A model generated the notes under the pieces. That model made no database searches. It was not told the origin of the DNA and saw nothing but the letters and a program-made list of their open reading frames with translations. Below, piece after piece: positions 22,001-28,106 of a stretch of 64,000 bases of DNA. The first letter of the stretch is position 1. The number at the start of each line of letters is the position of its first letter. The position numbers were made by a program, and so were the translations under genes. Location of the stretch: assembly GCA_965656875.1 (NCBI GenBank), contig CBFHMJ010000028.1:70292-134291 (forward strand), given 5' to 3'. The stretch comes from Alteromonadaceae bacterium. GTDB lineage: Bacteria > Pseudomonadota > Gammaproteobacteria > Enterobacterales > Alteromonadaceae.

Positions 22001-24420
22001 TAGCTATGTCCAGCTGGTCTGACACCTCAAATATGTCGAACCGGAAAACGCTGCAAGAGATGTATGACATTATCAAAGTCCCTGGCGCAGCCGAGATTTT
22101 GTATGGCCAGGACGAACTGGTCGATACTTTCTACATTTCGTCAAACAGTGACACCGCCTTCAGAGAAGTTAAATTCACGCTGGGTGCTGGTGGCGGTGTT
22201 AAAGCCGAATACAATGGTGTGCCATTTAATGGCATGTCAGGGTATACCTTTGAACATGAGGATGATGAATACGATGCGGGTGGCTGGACCGGCGGCACGT
22301 TGAATTATCATGAGCCTGGCATTAAAGATATTCTGCAAGCCAGTTCACTGCCGATTCAACCAATGGCCGAAGCTAATATCTATCTGGATATTGCGCTGGT
22401 TGATCCGAAGCAGGCGCAGGGAGATGAACTGTCCGGTTTGTTATATCTGTCTGAACTGAAAAAACCGAAAGATATTGTGCAGTACACCCTGGGCGGTAAC
22501 GCGTCAATGTATGCACACTTCAATGCCGGTATTGGAGCGCCACCAAAAGAAACCGGAGATGATGAGGACTATCAATCGTTCAGCCTGCCAGGACCGTCGG
22601 TTGCGGCGAATATAGGTCTGGTTGCTCAATACGTGTATCAGGGTAAGTTTGGTGATGTATCCAGCAACGGCGGTGAATTTATCTTCGGTGCGTTTAATCT
22701 CGAAGTTGACCTGGGTGAATTTATCTCAGAGAAACTGGTGGAACCGCTTGGTGCGATGAATAATTTCCTGGAGCCAATTCAACCAGTAGCAACGGCATTG
22801 ACCGCAGACATGAAGATCTTCCAGTCACTTAATCTGACGCACGTTTTTGACGCCAATCTGGACGGTAAAGTTACTGTGCTTGAGATCCCAACTCCGTTCT
22901 TGCGTGGTGGAGGTCAACAAGCCCAGAAATATGAGCAACAGATAAAAACGGTGAATCGATTCCTGGAATTTATTGCCAGTATTCTGCAAATGATCAAAAT
23001 TGCCGAAGATTTGGGCGATGAATTGTCTGGTGTTCAGGGGCTGGAAGAACGCATTATCTCGGTTGATGGTATTCAAATCAGCCCCGACTCGATTCGTATT
23101 ATTCCGGCGCAATCCACGTCGAATCTGGATGGTGTGGGTGTGTCGCTGGTGCCGTATGTGAATCAACTCGGTCATGCTGTACTGGGTATTAATAAAAGCT
23201 ATCAGTACACCAAAACCTTTGGCGGCACGGTTTCATCCTCGACAGCAAAACCGATGGAACCAGTGAAACCACAGTCAAGTCCACCGACCAGCCAACAAAA
23301 TACCAGCATGAGCAAGGTTAAATCGCGTTACAACGACTTGTTGAAAAGTGGTGTTATTAGCTTCCCGATTCTGTCGAATCCGGCAGACGTATTGCAGTTT
23401 ATCTTCGGTGACCCAGCTGACCTGATGTTGATTGACATTCCTGATTTCTACTTTGAATTTGAGATTGAAAAAGGTTGGCGTCCGCCACCGGTTCCAATCT
23501 TCAAAGGTAAGATTTCTGGCGGTCTGCAAATGAAAACCGACACTGTGATTGGCATTGACACCGCAGGATTCCTGCAAGCTATCTGTGGCAGTGATTCACC
23601 AGGTCCGGTTTGGGATTGTCAGGGCGAACTATCGGCTGGTGAACGGAGTATTCGCCTGTTTAACAGTGTGTTCCTGCGCGACTGGAATGAGCAAAGTTAC
23701 TACGCTGGCGGTGACACCAGCTCGAATAAAGTCTTCTGGCAAGGTAATGAACGTCAGTTACCGGGTTATTCGGTTTGGGATAAACACGAACTGGCCGGCA
23801 ATGCTGAAGTTGATATTGGTGCTGGTCTGGATTTAGGTGTTTTCGGCGCTTACTTCCAGGGCGGCCCGGGACTGGGTGGCGGTATCGACCTGGTTGACTT
23901 ATGTGAAGCGACGACGCCGGAAGCCTGTGAACCTGTTGAAAATGGTGACTTTACGGCTAATGGCACATACGACGGAAAAATCAGAGCCTATGACTTTGTG
24001 ATGCAGATGATTAATGACCCAATGAGTTCCTTCGATATGGGTCTGATCTTCTATGTCGATTTTGAAGCGTATATCGAAACATTCAAAATTAAAGTCTGGG
24101 AAGAGTTAATCGGTTACTTCCCGCTGTTCGAATTTACACTGGATGGCGCAACCTGGGTGGGAACCTCGCGATCTGCGTCAGGTGATCCGCTGGCGGGTGC
24201 AACCTTGTACTTCGATAGTAATAACAACCAGCGACTCGACCCGGGTGAACCCATGACTTTCACTGACGCTAAAGGTATGGGTTATCTGAAATTACCGTTC
24301 GACCGTTACGACCGTAACAAAGATGGCCGCGTCGATGATCTCGATGGCACCATTCGTCACTTCGGCGGAATGAACATCAACAGTGGTCTGGGCGAACTGG
24401 AGATGCGTTCAGTGCAATAG
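7069..24420 (+). CDS. Giant (~5,780 aa) putative surface lipoprotein/adhesin-like protein with Gly-rich, PA14, LamG-like, FG-GAP and EF-hand-like regions
   Basis: The ORF track runs 7015..24420. An internal ATG at 7069 has a GGAG 9 nt upstream and yields MTPLVPPETTRRSTVRLLTLCISFLVALSSC, a signal peptide with a lipobox-like LSSC.

Recognisable regions are:
- a Gly-rich tract, GAGGGLGAGG...GGGSAGGGGGDGG, at about 7500-8060
- a PA14-like segment, GYLVVDQDGEYTFTFNAPADQKLEVWLNP...TRYYIEALY, at about 10480-10800
- a LamG/ConA-like segment, LEPFTLEAWINP...YFNGYIDEVRVWNRARTEQEI, at about 13500-13950
- FG-GAP/VCBS-like repeats (IGDLNGDQLMDAVVV, LTDIDGDRDLDILAG, LVDLDQDGDHDLIVD, VVDFNGDGYQDRVV) at about 14220-15110
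- a recurring motif (L/F)TFTxxxNWxxxQxVxVxAxDD found many times
- a C-terminal EF-hand/dockerin-like loop, DRNKDGRVDDLDG. Confidence 0.8.
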   Translation: MTPLVPPETTRRSTVRLLTLCISFLVALSSCSFFPDDYSTPDSRSSSVSVKEGLIVVNNNDPASLNTAISEAINDTKCDDGCVIDIRETGTISLSDTLNKIEGVDKPIWIVGDDEDTTTINGNDHQHFYVGNGAGSYLALQKVTLNNGKVKGGDAETGAGGGLGAGGAMFINNGLVILDHAAVTNSEALKGVSNGDAGQGGNGDKHEGKDGGAGARMNKGARFVPADTNGGGAGEGGDTCKEGGDICDAQDKQHGDPGEFGRGGGSAGGGGGDGGADDDGEWPDSDTEPGRGGSGGSGGQHGQSGSGGDTPCNKCNTGASGGAGGDGAGLGGGIFVRHANGARIIVNNSDFSGNNASTTSDALHVHKNDSEESKGNTSNLNYNNSSLATLSLALVDINGEPTERVIEGERAILVIKVEDGSLPNEGGADVPVYMYLSDLDALAEKGSGNITNDDDADFAWNGSNLIKLMLPAGHSGDYYVNLPDADGTNALGAYAGIQTYIDKKLEGDETFTVSLLVGEDYQLADDNTSQEIIIEDANYQVSLLGDSDMNHTAICDAADALEQAADDPASDCKTGGRATEIDVDDLKGLGYVTVQAKRPVGVQRPDKSGELPDGWQTTDGQYSSLIIGELFNNGLAGGLPVHYALSGKPDGVFTNQVNYNNENYEGIDGELDALDGAQIFNAVVIPVTDLESDEPQPLPPGAARIYFSALPDAVQEASQSFELTLATFPNDPSYDPENFCNEENESYCEVLENTPAGKYKYYSVHGDTAENSATLIVHDSGEFTAGLVVIDNINGEVVTDAQDSTNPLLIDDQGDLAFWLKLGSQPTDTVDVTVNGDTFTFDEENWQYYQPVTIASGDWTADIDLTVSSNDSEYSSGLNRTLVPRDDATRIKIKEAAIPAVAERYIEVGIRTTVEDYVEGSLDYPQFDLVLGQPLPFVVEVAVSADLNGDVTTHSSVIPAWQQVSRVTVPVMNNDLVDGVRTLTTTVTDITAPGGQAIQNISIALDMSAANVVVKDDEQATVLITQHLPDAPTRGDIARLLPDVEILGISASGNLQVQHNDSRLKEIVISPLGEGDSGSNSVTQQGLLYELITDESVEEEGKQAKGAAREGGYDYITLKEEPYKAQINEATDPFGLASIPQGHIVRQRGYLVVDQDGEYTFTFNAPADQKLEVWLNPRDDDNQNIGMILPYLDGTENPPANTSQPVTLNAGTRYYIEALYSAPEATDGVGVAVQIQFEPASGGTRSSPVPIPLEWLSPANIDGGFTVEVFDGIGTESIDKFMQSQDFIHGNASRIDILTDKLEIPASDAAIDVGRRISVTLTAPEHGEYQFALASDGDSILYALDDDGNRNEIAWVKGNEKYADYTIEKVQDDFVGNPITRAKFSLRRYGDDITASTNWKIEYDIADGMPGTLPYGDPGVKSVTMYRSMDTQDENEICVEDHLTSSVVIGFNGTEEPAFENTFNFSGPRNCEDEFFEGFDGKQLDLIFLDLADFNAESEYLNLRLDDHLLDLPPDYPVAYDWLWSETPDDEGVYTDGQQNSQQRSATIALQQGKEYRFEIVQINPRHDDHLAVAWQRPSSSELEVIDARYISFARLTLPVTLQEASAAGTELTGESMSLTVKSPPFSYKGNQYQVSSVTLAGDPVPDPDEGATPYQPPGWLEFVSGFAATVQHDSVINSTSATDVALTLQDRTIDPQVVSLTVGQTQRLGFQLKGKPANNANVIVDVAVTYPQYDPVNSALLEFTCKGGGTGPGCLQFTFTSNDWNVPQFLTVEAMAEGPIADESYIPDLSKAFLVAQQRAAKDDSNVFTEDSIEVQIYPDATQNDTTYFAKAQGGDITEIGFTADSISGITVEGEESGSLSWTWQMVDDKTLAGMIGGSDPARAAVRVHAMTEDEATALQSGITDGADPVTFTASVELTSEYYTAMEDSTEQITVSGIRWMVNSADAAQAEVTISNGTPTLAMNAVVTGTASSVTELSGFSYQPADGNRPIIAATATEVLVTEYGELTVTQVDGADTADWQFEANPRPQPDSIDITLHASSGDVTQTIDLTTVNATPVLATSLSALTDFTTPRVVLSGYQQVAEDAGSLDLTVQLMTSDGSEPLQATENMNVYYSVAQPGVTDPGNMALNLAALTGSSNVDLHTARSVVLTEPLVLQNNTLEPFTLEAWINPTAAGDTQGLFKGTKTDGSGIDLMSLEGGELTVPGGFSAPLPDAVADMKGFVVAWQVSESRQALFINGEKVAETDTGLADKAPLALTRIGDNSKGYFNGYIDEVRVWNRARTEQEIMESWLTALVDEEGDKDGLEGYWSFNDFMLLNSESDVQAAELINADGAVIDTELQAVQREIWLVKQSAQTGLDYTGLSSEPVRATNVFALTADQTKGRTTFAIGDLNGDQLMDAVVVNQVGDLVAYLAGESRSRTQQRNALPTFQRVELGHNLGDAVPVVLTDIDGDRDLDILAGLPNARLSVLRNEATAGRTVGSAALLFTKPQSVAIEAPALAALSASRGDSLPALTPAIVGNNLMLLIGNELHRLSLSPQGSNIKAVATSAKVHHLALSKRLNNRQRQVQLVDLDQDGDHDLIVDTLRNKPGQGTGALNYLENYGTDENPVYFPAPRSYIARQLLQDDRYLSPAYRVPGRKYHPFDQVEYHQVVDFNGDGYQDRVVSDNYGQIHVYQSTGYEHVTINAGEDSATISLDIIDDNRVERIEDIQLQLVEGKPTEAEYHFASGYDRAIIEIADNDEPGFIVTESGNDVALTEQEISETGAAVAWLVSLNSQPQRDVTVRLASSNPVNGALVALNGPSGVADDRLFGDSVQLTFTTQQDDWSTPQTVWVKGIDDAMDDPRAPFIFALVGSSGDKVYDKRTAVINAVSVDNNDEALISLDYASVPNIDSSGAVVSGEGQVNTVSVKLNAQPEELLTLTLKPTDRELTLFPQRQLVRALKSSNDQIQQVYARTASATTCDLPSGQTGVLALDDFGNWCWSENGEYRFEQTRFPTRVQNRGVQLEHMAFVIDNSYGSLSTETLSARLNGLDQSDTPPGIVVLDLVANDIVADAGAMELKRIETEVNSGEGEPELVSLVGFAVRPATRPGHNETIDITVTGANGNPTFSFDRNNWQLWQRVDDEALCDGATVSVAATITNLDGTEDYGVTKEMSVADSVTPHLMIQDWRTQALLAEGGDLKSVYADDDGTVVLNVRLATAPSGDVTVTADTGESLTFNTTNFDRWQRLTVEAGSADSLVLSSAGYGTDREFTVTQQPLMTQQGNFFDVAGSLAGNSMTLTFTPDDWQLAQTVAVKAVDDEKVEYTSISTIELLLADPDQAITGELGHTRWSSDGEISLSLKPDMATGFYVEKRLWLTNDDDSYDNHSLDIVVNVTEQDDGLEVTQVTEVLGYVDAEDCVRVQDGCENPPAALTFTEATDGSWTTTLDLSGTTLTGVALQPLAASFLANPPAPIEVSVEDNDRPVVRAGVDLNANENTHPGYFTLSVIDPVGIPGGLGVHYEIFGFNDDNNEGATAETEPPADGTLKDPGPDFQGYEMIKTGTLFIPQDKTRVSLPIFPIDDFTPEESLAARYEKVVLKIKEPTGDGGYGSDQYLLDVKEPKYQTAGVRILDNEEVGLKYVIPMQGLTVDEANFNGFKVGLTSQPQTEVTLSFYNTPVTNLNSPDLSYINASTVTFDNTNWNQWRVIDVQVFENQTDNSDNNAPRFSDLYFTLLDKSDGSQGLDCTGEPTDVTQCEPFFNTMKGALNLSEPDDPADNDAKTIELSDIDVEGGKTATGDYGTITLTPLKNNDGDDVYVGDFVYVLNNGEYGSDDQQTQILEAIATSATNEIYDVFSYEMTPADGSGAVSQQLAVQISSLERINFADSSATDDPATIAFPAGLYGNMRFDFSADVPTYTYTFDQDAFEANLSQTDDWRFTDSFVFEMESGASAEDISREFIAFNISLSKYLDSDGETQYHVDVNGNDAEDCDANGNMLCGSTSARTVNGVVVPETISDVDEQATIGYTVTKVGVPARVPVVTRMSLRDSSGQDLWVDNRLLNANPLFDSNNINGAESLVPVDEVIAGDVGDLVISANGDFTYTVNEAQLRDELETTDLRILQDEFVAQLDDHSRVSMTFVSTLQVYQEQEKLVVTLNGELLSKTDGTTNEFTGDLLLTDENQASKPTVERVGYLSHTIVVREKALPAVVIAEGMAEAMNFLQARFNDASLPVFGRMGGGPTTDTSGDKEEAKAPGFSDRFMTLLETKITAQPHLTSEGLANMINAVLQATFAQYNIPLQVLTIDTEKILMKFSYMYGVSTATDEFKTDWGMPGMGHFSGSAAGTFKITADLVFGVNFRGVETASGDSKMKPKVFVVTDKNTLEALLAKPKTEPMDIYDLKTWNGTSISQNGVQFLGQNDARFTQGSKALEAFNTNDINSGLKAASDCVSDICPQIKWKWKSDNNSMNWELNSNSGSSGGVDDFSTIIGTVTNNGDDEYADFIEISLHQPLAIGPDTESTIQLSVTIDPNDLMKSNYKNNALKKEYLEAVLRYLDDSNTKIQFANKRIQVFDIYTDQNDSDNAQQRLHESQILTLGFEIEIKEEGATDPVGFQQDAWVAKPKLLDSVPDTVVTEDEILIAVDSTHTDKNNFVDVACKTNASASVKCEPYDLEVNAEWKTGGTTTKRFPTDKNAFKSQTSYSETVELKDAKLKLKGKLTGSGNSKKVRWTWELSSLPIKSLDFNLNTNLITLKPIKLNSEQSQSAKTIENYVITRHLLMFHKGDHTEATETVSKFTLDVAGSVEFRGDAQFFAIGGSINQARSAPTNAEAGSLIQPDEVFGRLTGAASAKSTIVALEEDNNNADNPAFVVGMYGVLAISADGSYSYYRRPEIDLENWNLKCLDYEGEPHSPMDASFKALCKDLLALDDNDNPMHWDDPTTSDPEISFKGYTLSCGPYEEVASGAATCQVTSPAVIYVPEDADTLIRKGVTSLETTINTELVAMSSWSDTSNMSNRKTLQEMYDIIKVPGAAEILYGQDELVDTFYISSNSDTAFREVKFTLGAGGGVKAEYNGVPFNGMSGYTFEHEDDEYDAGGWTGGTLNYHEPGIKDILQASSLPIQPMAEANIYLDIALVDPKQAQGDELSGLLYLSELKKPKDIVQYTLGGNASMYAHFNAGIGAPPKETGDDEDYQSFSLPGPSVAANIGLVAQYVYQGKFGDVSSNGGEFIFGAFNLEVDLGEFISEKLVEPLGAMNNFLEPIQPVATALTADMKIFQSLNLTHVFDANLDGKVTVLEIPTPFLRGGGQQAQKYEQQIKTVNRFLEFIASILQMIKIAEDLGDELSGVQGLEERIISVDGIQISPDSIRIIPAQSTSNLDGVGVSLVPYVNQLGHAVLGINKSYQYTKTFGGTVSSSTAKPMEPVKPQSSPPTSQQNTSMSKVKSRYNDLLKSGVISFPILSNPADVLQFIFGDPADLMLIDIPDFYFEFEIEKGWRPPPVPIFKGKISGGLQMKTDTVIGIDTAGFLQAICGSDSPGPVWDCQGELSAGERSIRLFNSVFLRDWNEQSYYAGGDTSSNKVFWQGNERQLPGYSVWDKHELAGNAEVDIGAGLDLGVFGAYFQGGPGLGGGIDLVDLCEATTPEACEPVENGDFTANGTYDGKIRAYDFVMQMINDPMSSFDMGLIFYVDFEAYIETFKIKVWEELIGYFPLFEFTLDGATWVGTSRSASGDPLAGATLYFDSNNNQRLDPGEPMTFTDAKGMGYLKLPFDRYDRNKDGRVDDLDGTIRHFGGMNINSGLGELEMRSVQ

Positions 24421-24455
24421 CTGTAAATACGTCAAGTAATACGAGACGCAGAAAA

Positions 24456-24485
24456 GGCCCGGAGTATGACTTCGGGCCTTTTTAT
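24456..24485 (+). terminator. Rho-independent terminator after giant gene
   Basis: The sequence is aaaaGGCCCGGAGtatgaCTTCGGGCCttttt. It forms a 9-bp stem with one G:U pair and a 5-nt loop, followed by a T-tract. Confidence 0.65.
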
Positions 24486-24856
24486 CTGTATTTAATAGCT
24501 CACTTTACAAAACACGCATATTTGTATAAATCCCCGCCAGTGCGTTTCTAAATTAAAACCAGATTAAATTTACCAATAATGAGTTGTATTATGGCAATGG
24601 ATAAATATGCCAGCATTTCACTGGCAACACAGGGCAACGGACAACACGGTTTTAAACGAATTAATACCCCAACTAATATCAGAGCTAACACCAGAATGAA
24701 CACCACAGCCGCACCATAGAGGGCTTTGATAACGACCGCTACAACAAACATGATGACCTCATTATTAGCATTGTTGACGAAATTAATGCTGACAAAGCCG
24801 GTGTTATAGATGCAACTGATGAACAAGTTGCCGGAATTGGATAGTTTGATCCTCGA

Positions 24857-25096
24857 ATGGTGAGAGCCTGGATGATTCAGGAGAGTGGAGGAAACGACTC
24901 CTCATCCAAAACAGCTTGGGACTTAGACCCATTACAGGCCAACGCATACAAGCGAGATTGGGATAAGCATAAGTCCAGCTTAGGTTTGAAAAAATTTGAA
25001 GCTGGTGCGGGAGACCTTAAAACTAATATTCGCGCTGGAGTAATAACGATGGTTCGAAAAGGATTTGGTAAATTTAGCCGCCCATCGGGAACATAG
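24857..25096 (+). CDS. Orphan 79-aa ORF fragment (possible remnant of a larger gene)
   Basis: The ORF opens immediately after an in-frame stop at 24842. I see no convincing RBS. It reads ...AWMIQESGGNDSSS.... It is isolated, in an AT-rich patch downstream of the giant gene. Confidence 0.2.
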   Translation: MVRAWMIQESGGNDSSSKTAWDLDPLQANAYKRDWDKHKSSLGLKKFEAGAGDLKTNIRAGVITMVRKGFGKFSRPSGT

Positions 25097-25170
25097 AATT
25101 ATACGAAGGTATACGGATACTACTAATAAAGTAGCAATATCCCTTCCTGGACCGCAGTAAGGATGGCGAT

Positions 25171-25629
25171 ATGAAATTATTTTTATCGTTATTATTGGTG
25201 CTCATATCGACTCAGAGTGTGGCAAACAGCCAGGTTGAGGCTCTGATTAGCGAGGCGGCCAAATCTACCTCTTCAAGGTCAATAGAGATAAAACTTGGTG
25301 ATGGAGTTACATTACCTGCCGAAATCGCAGTCAGCCATAGAGGGAATGGCTCCTTAATTATTGAAAACCTTGAGTTAATGATATATGACGATCATGACAA
25401 TGGCATGGTTTACAGTAAGGAAGGGGTTTCTATAACCTTGACTGACTTAGATAGTGACGGAGTAAAAGAGTTGATCATCTCTGGAGTGCTGGTTTATACG
25501 GGGGAGGAGGATTCCGACCCCAAAATCTACACGCATTTTGTTCGTGGCTACAAGTACAATACAGCAACAAAAAAGTTTTTAAACATTCTTGTTGTAGGAG
25601 ATTTTCAGCCTGATATAAATGCTGAATAA
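25171..25629 (+). CDS. Small exported hypothetical protein (152 aa)
   Basis: The signal peptide is MKLFLSLLLVLISTQSVANSQ, with GGA upstream. One FG-GAP-like segment reads LTDLDSDGVKELIISGV. Confidence 0.5.
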   Translation: MKLFLSLLLVLISTQSVANSQVEALISEAAKSTSSRSIEIKLGDGVTLPAEIAVSHRGNGSLIIENLELMIYDDHDNGMVYSKEGVSITLTDLDSDGVKELIISGVLVYTGEEDSDPKIYTHFVRGYKYNTATKKFLNILVVGDFQPDINAE

Positions 25630-25794
25630 CGAGGGTCAGTCCGACGACTATTTTAAGATATTTATTCTGCAAAAATGCTTCACATGATGCGCATTGCGCT
25701 TGACCTTATTGGCTAAATCAACTCTACTTCCCCCGTTATTTTTTCCCGCAATGCCTGTGTACACGTATTGCGACCAACAACGAAAGGAACAACC

Positions 25795-26436
25795 ATGGAA
25801 TCAGTGGATTTAAACAAAGAGCTGTCTGAATTATTAACGGCCCACAAAGTCACGTTTAATACGCAAAATGACTGGCTCGTCCCATTCGGAAAATTACCTG
25901 CCATTCGTGCTACCTGGTTCCCGCATGAAGATGGTCGGGGTGTGTTAGATGTTGAAGTTTTCCTTGATGATAAGCGCACCATTGTTGAATCTTTCGCTGG
26001 TTTTGGCACGGGTGACGATGCTATTAGCGATGCACTTCGTAGCTTTAGCGTAAATACACTTCACGTATTTCTTGCCGCTTTTTGGGGTCAGCATGATGAG
26101 CAACAAGTTACGCTGGAAAACTGGGAACTGGATGGTAAAAACTACCAGGTGTACATTGGTAACCTTAGCTCACGCGCTGGTGCTGACATTAATCCGGAAG
26201 TTCCGCAAGGCTACTTCAAGCAGATTGAAGAGATCGTTCGCAATGAATCTTATGACGGTAAGGCTAACTGGTATCGTTTCTTCGTTGCTAATATCGACGA
26301 CGATTGCACCGTTGAAGTGCTGAAAAATAATGAAGAACTTGAATCCGGTGTTAATGCCATAGCCGCTATGCCGTGGAAGAACCTGAATGGTTACTACAGT
26401 GTGCGTAACTTTATGGTGTTAAAAGAAGAGAAGTAA
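25795..26436 (+). CDS. Hypothetical cytoplasmic protein (214 aa)
   Basis: ATG at 25795 follows AAAGGAAC; the ORF track begins at a TTG at 25768. I recognise no motif. Confidence 0.45.
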   Translation: MESVDLNKELSELLTAHKVTFNTQNDWLVPFGKLPAIRATWFPHEDGRGVLDVEVFLDDKRTIVESFAGFGTGDDAISDALRSFSVNTLHVFLAAFWGQHDEQQVTLENWELDGKNYQVYIGNLSSRAGADINPEVPQGYFKQIEEIVRNESYDGKANWYRFFVANIDDDCTVEVLKNNEELESGVNAIAAMPWKNLNGYYSVRNFMVLKEEK

Positions 26437-26537
26437 GTAACAAGTATCGTAAAGAGACGGTTGGGTATTGTGCCAGGGATGGTGGTAATCATCAGCCGTT
26501 CTTTACAGCAAAAATCACCACCCACGCTCCAATGAAT

Positions 26538-27098
26538 TCATTCATTCAACGCCGCTAAATAATCCCGATGCTTTTTCATATGTCGATGATTAATCAGCCA
26601 GATAATCAGTAACCAGACCGTGCCAAGCGTATAGCGAATCGCAAGTTGCGCCGGTTGACTGTTGAGTGTCACGTATTCATAAATCACCGCGATGCAAAGA
26701 CCTGCGCCAAAGGTTGCGATCAGGTAATTACTGTATTTACCGCGTTTCAGGGCCTCCAGGCTGATATGTTCCTGATAGCTCATCCAATCCGTGGTGGCGA
26801 TGCGTAGCATATGATCGCTTTTAATACGACTTTTTATCATCACCCAGGTAGCGATGAAGCCACTGACCAGGCCGAATATCAGGGCAAATTTCAGGTGAAT
26901 AGCCCAGCCGAGATGAAATGCATTAAAGAGTAGCCAGCTTGTCACCAGAAGTATGCAAATTTCGAGTGTGCTCATAGCAAACAGGCCAAGTCGTTTCAGT
27001 CGGAGCTGTTTGTTGAGTTGTTGTTTGTCGAACGAGTGATCAGATGGCTGTGATCGCCAGGTTTTGGACAACGACTCAAGATCAAAGTCATCGCTCAT
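26538..27098 (-). CDS. Multi-pass membrane protein, putative cognate anti-sigma factor of the upstream ECF sigma
   Basis: It starts 51 bp downstream of the ECF sigma gene on the same strand. It has 4 predicted transmembrane segments (e.g. LGLFAMSTLEICILLVTSWLLF, FALIFGLVSGFIATWVMI). There is no ZAS zinc motif, so the assignment rests on position only. Confidence 0.4.
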   Translation of the reverse strand: MSDDFDLESLSKTWRSQPSDHSFDKQQLNKQLRLKRLGLFAMSTLEICILLVTSWLLFNAFHLGWAIHLKFALIFGLVSGFIATWVMIKSRIKSDHMLRIATTDWMSYQEHISLEALKRGKYSNYLIATFGAGLCIAVIYEYVTLNSQPAQLAIRYTLGTVWLLIIWLINHRHMKKHRDYLAALNE

Positions 27099-27149
27099 GG
27101 TGTTTGCTCCTGTGTTGTACGGTCGGTGGTTGATGTGATCATCGTAACG

Positions 27150-27635
27150 TCAGTCCTTCTTCATCAGGTCGGACAATGCGGCTTTCGCCCGGTTGATTCT
27201 GACGGCAATATTATTTTCGCTCATGCCAAGAATTTCGGCGATATCCTGTTGTTTAACACCATCCAGATATAATGTGATGATCTGCCGTTGTACCAGTGGT
27301 AATTGGCGAATAGCATCCATCAGTCGATTGAGTTGCTGGTCCTGAGTTACATGGTGCTCAAGTGAGGTTATGTCGGGAATATCATAATCTTCGTTGGCCG
27401 TTTTTATCTGATTGACCTGCTTTTTGATATGACCGACAGCGACATTGTGGGCGATTCGGTAAAAGAATGTCTCGTGGGAGCTTTCTTCCCGAAAATTATT
27501 CAACGACTGCCAGATTGCCAGCGCCATTTCCTGAATTAATTCCTGTTGTAGCTGAGGCAGTTTTTCATAAGAAGCCGCGATTCGAGTGAGTCGCGGCCAG
27601 AATGCTTCGAGCTTTTTTTCATTTTGCGGATTCAT
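27150..27635 (-). CDS. ECF (sigma-70 family group IV) RNA polymerase sigma factor
   Basis: The protein is 161 aa. The region-2 element is FFYRIAHNVAVGHIKK. The region-4 HTH reads QRQIITLYLDGVKQQDIAEILGMSENNIAVRINRAKAAL. Confidence 0.8.
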   Translation of the reverse strand: MNPQNEKKLEAFWPRLTRIAASYEKLPQLQQELIQEMALAIWQSLNNFREESSHETFFYRIAHNVAVGHIKKQVNQIKTANEDYDIPDITSLEHHVTQDQQLNRLMDAIRQLPLVQRQIITLYLDGVKQQDIAEILGMSENNIAVRINRAKAALSDLMKKD

Positions 27636-27665
27636 AGCTTCTTATTATTAGAAGGCCAGCCGACC

Positions 27666-27803
27666 TTAGCTTGATACTTCTTGTGTAACGTAGATTAAAG
27701 CGCCAACCGCAACAATCACCTCCAGTGCAACATACACTAAACCGACTTTCATAATGCGCTGACATAGTTTGCTTTCTTTTAGTTTATTAATCATTTGGCT
27801 CAT
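27666..27803 (-). CDS. Small (45 aa) single-TM peptide ORF upstream of ECF sigma gene
   Basis: It is not in the ORF track because it is under 60 aa. The RBS GAGGACAAAAGA precedes the ATG. The product is MSQMINKLKESKLCQRIMKVGLVYVALEVIVAVGALIYVTQEVSS. It ends 30 bp before the sigma gene start. Confidence 0.3.
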   Translation of the reverse strand: MSQMINKLKESKLCQRIMKVGLVYVALEVIVAVGALIYVTQEVSS

Positions 27804-28106
27804 TCTTTTGTCCTCTAAGTTTAATGGATTCGATGAGTTAGTGATTAACTAATTATTTTCCTTACAAACTTTTTTTAACTTTTTTGTGGGCATGTACGAT
27901 GACAACCTCAAGACAAACTGACAAAGCGACTCAGTTTGACGTGGGTACGGTTACGCCAAACAGTTAGTTATTTGGCGAGAGCTGGATCATGATAAAGAAA
28001 AATAATGTTTATTCGACAGGAGCATATTCTGTTTTGTGCGTTGCATCCTGTCTCTGAATTCCTCACAATCGTGGCCTTATTTTTCCAGGCAGAACAGGAT
28101 TGAGTA

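Noticed and set aside
24548-24826. 92-aa hydrophobic ORF on minus strand as a small membrane protein gene
   Set aside because: It has no RBS, it overlaps the AT-rich junk region, and its composition is consistent with a chance ORF in AT-rich DNA. I cannot support it from sequence alone.
26449-26510. Imperfect long hairpin (GTAAAGAgACGG...CCGTTCTTTAC) between convergent genes as a terminator
   Set aside because: There is a ~14-bp stem with a 28-nt loop but no flanking T-tract or A-tract on either side. This is not convincing as an intrinsic terminator.
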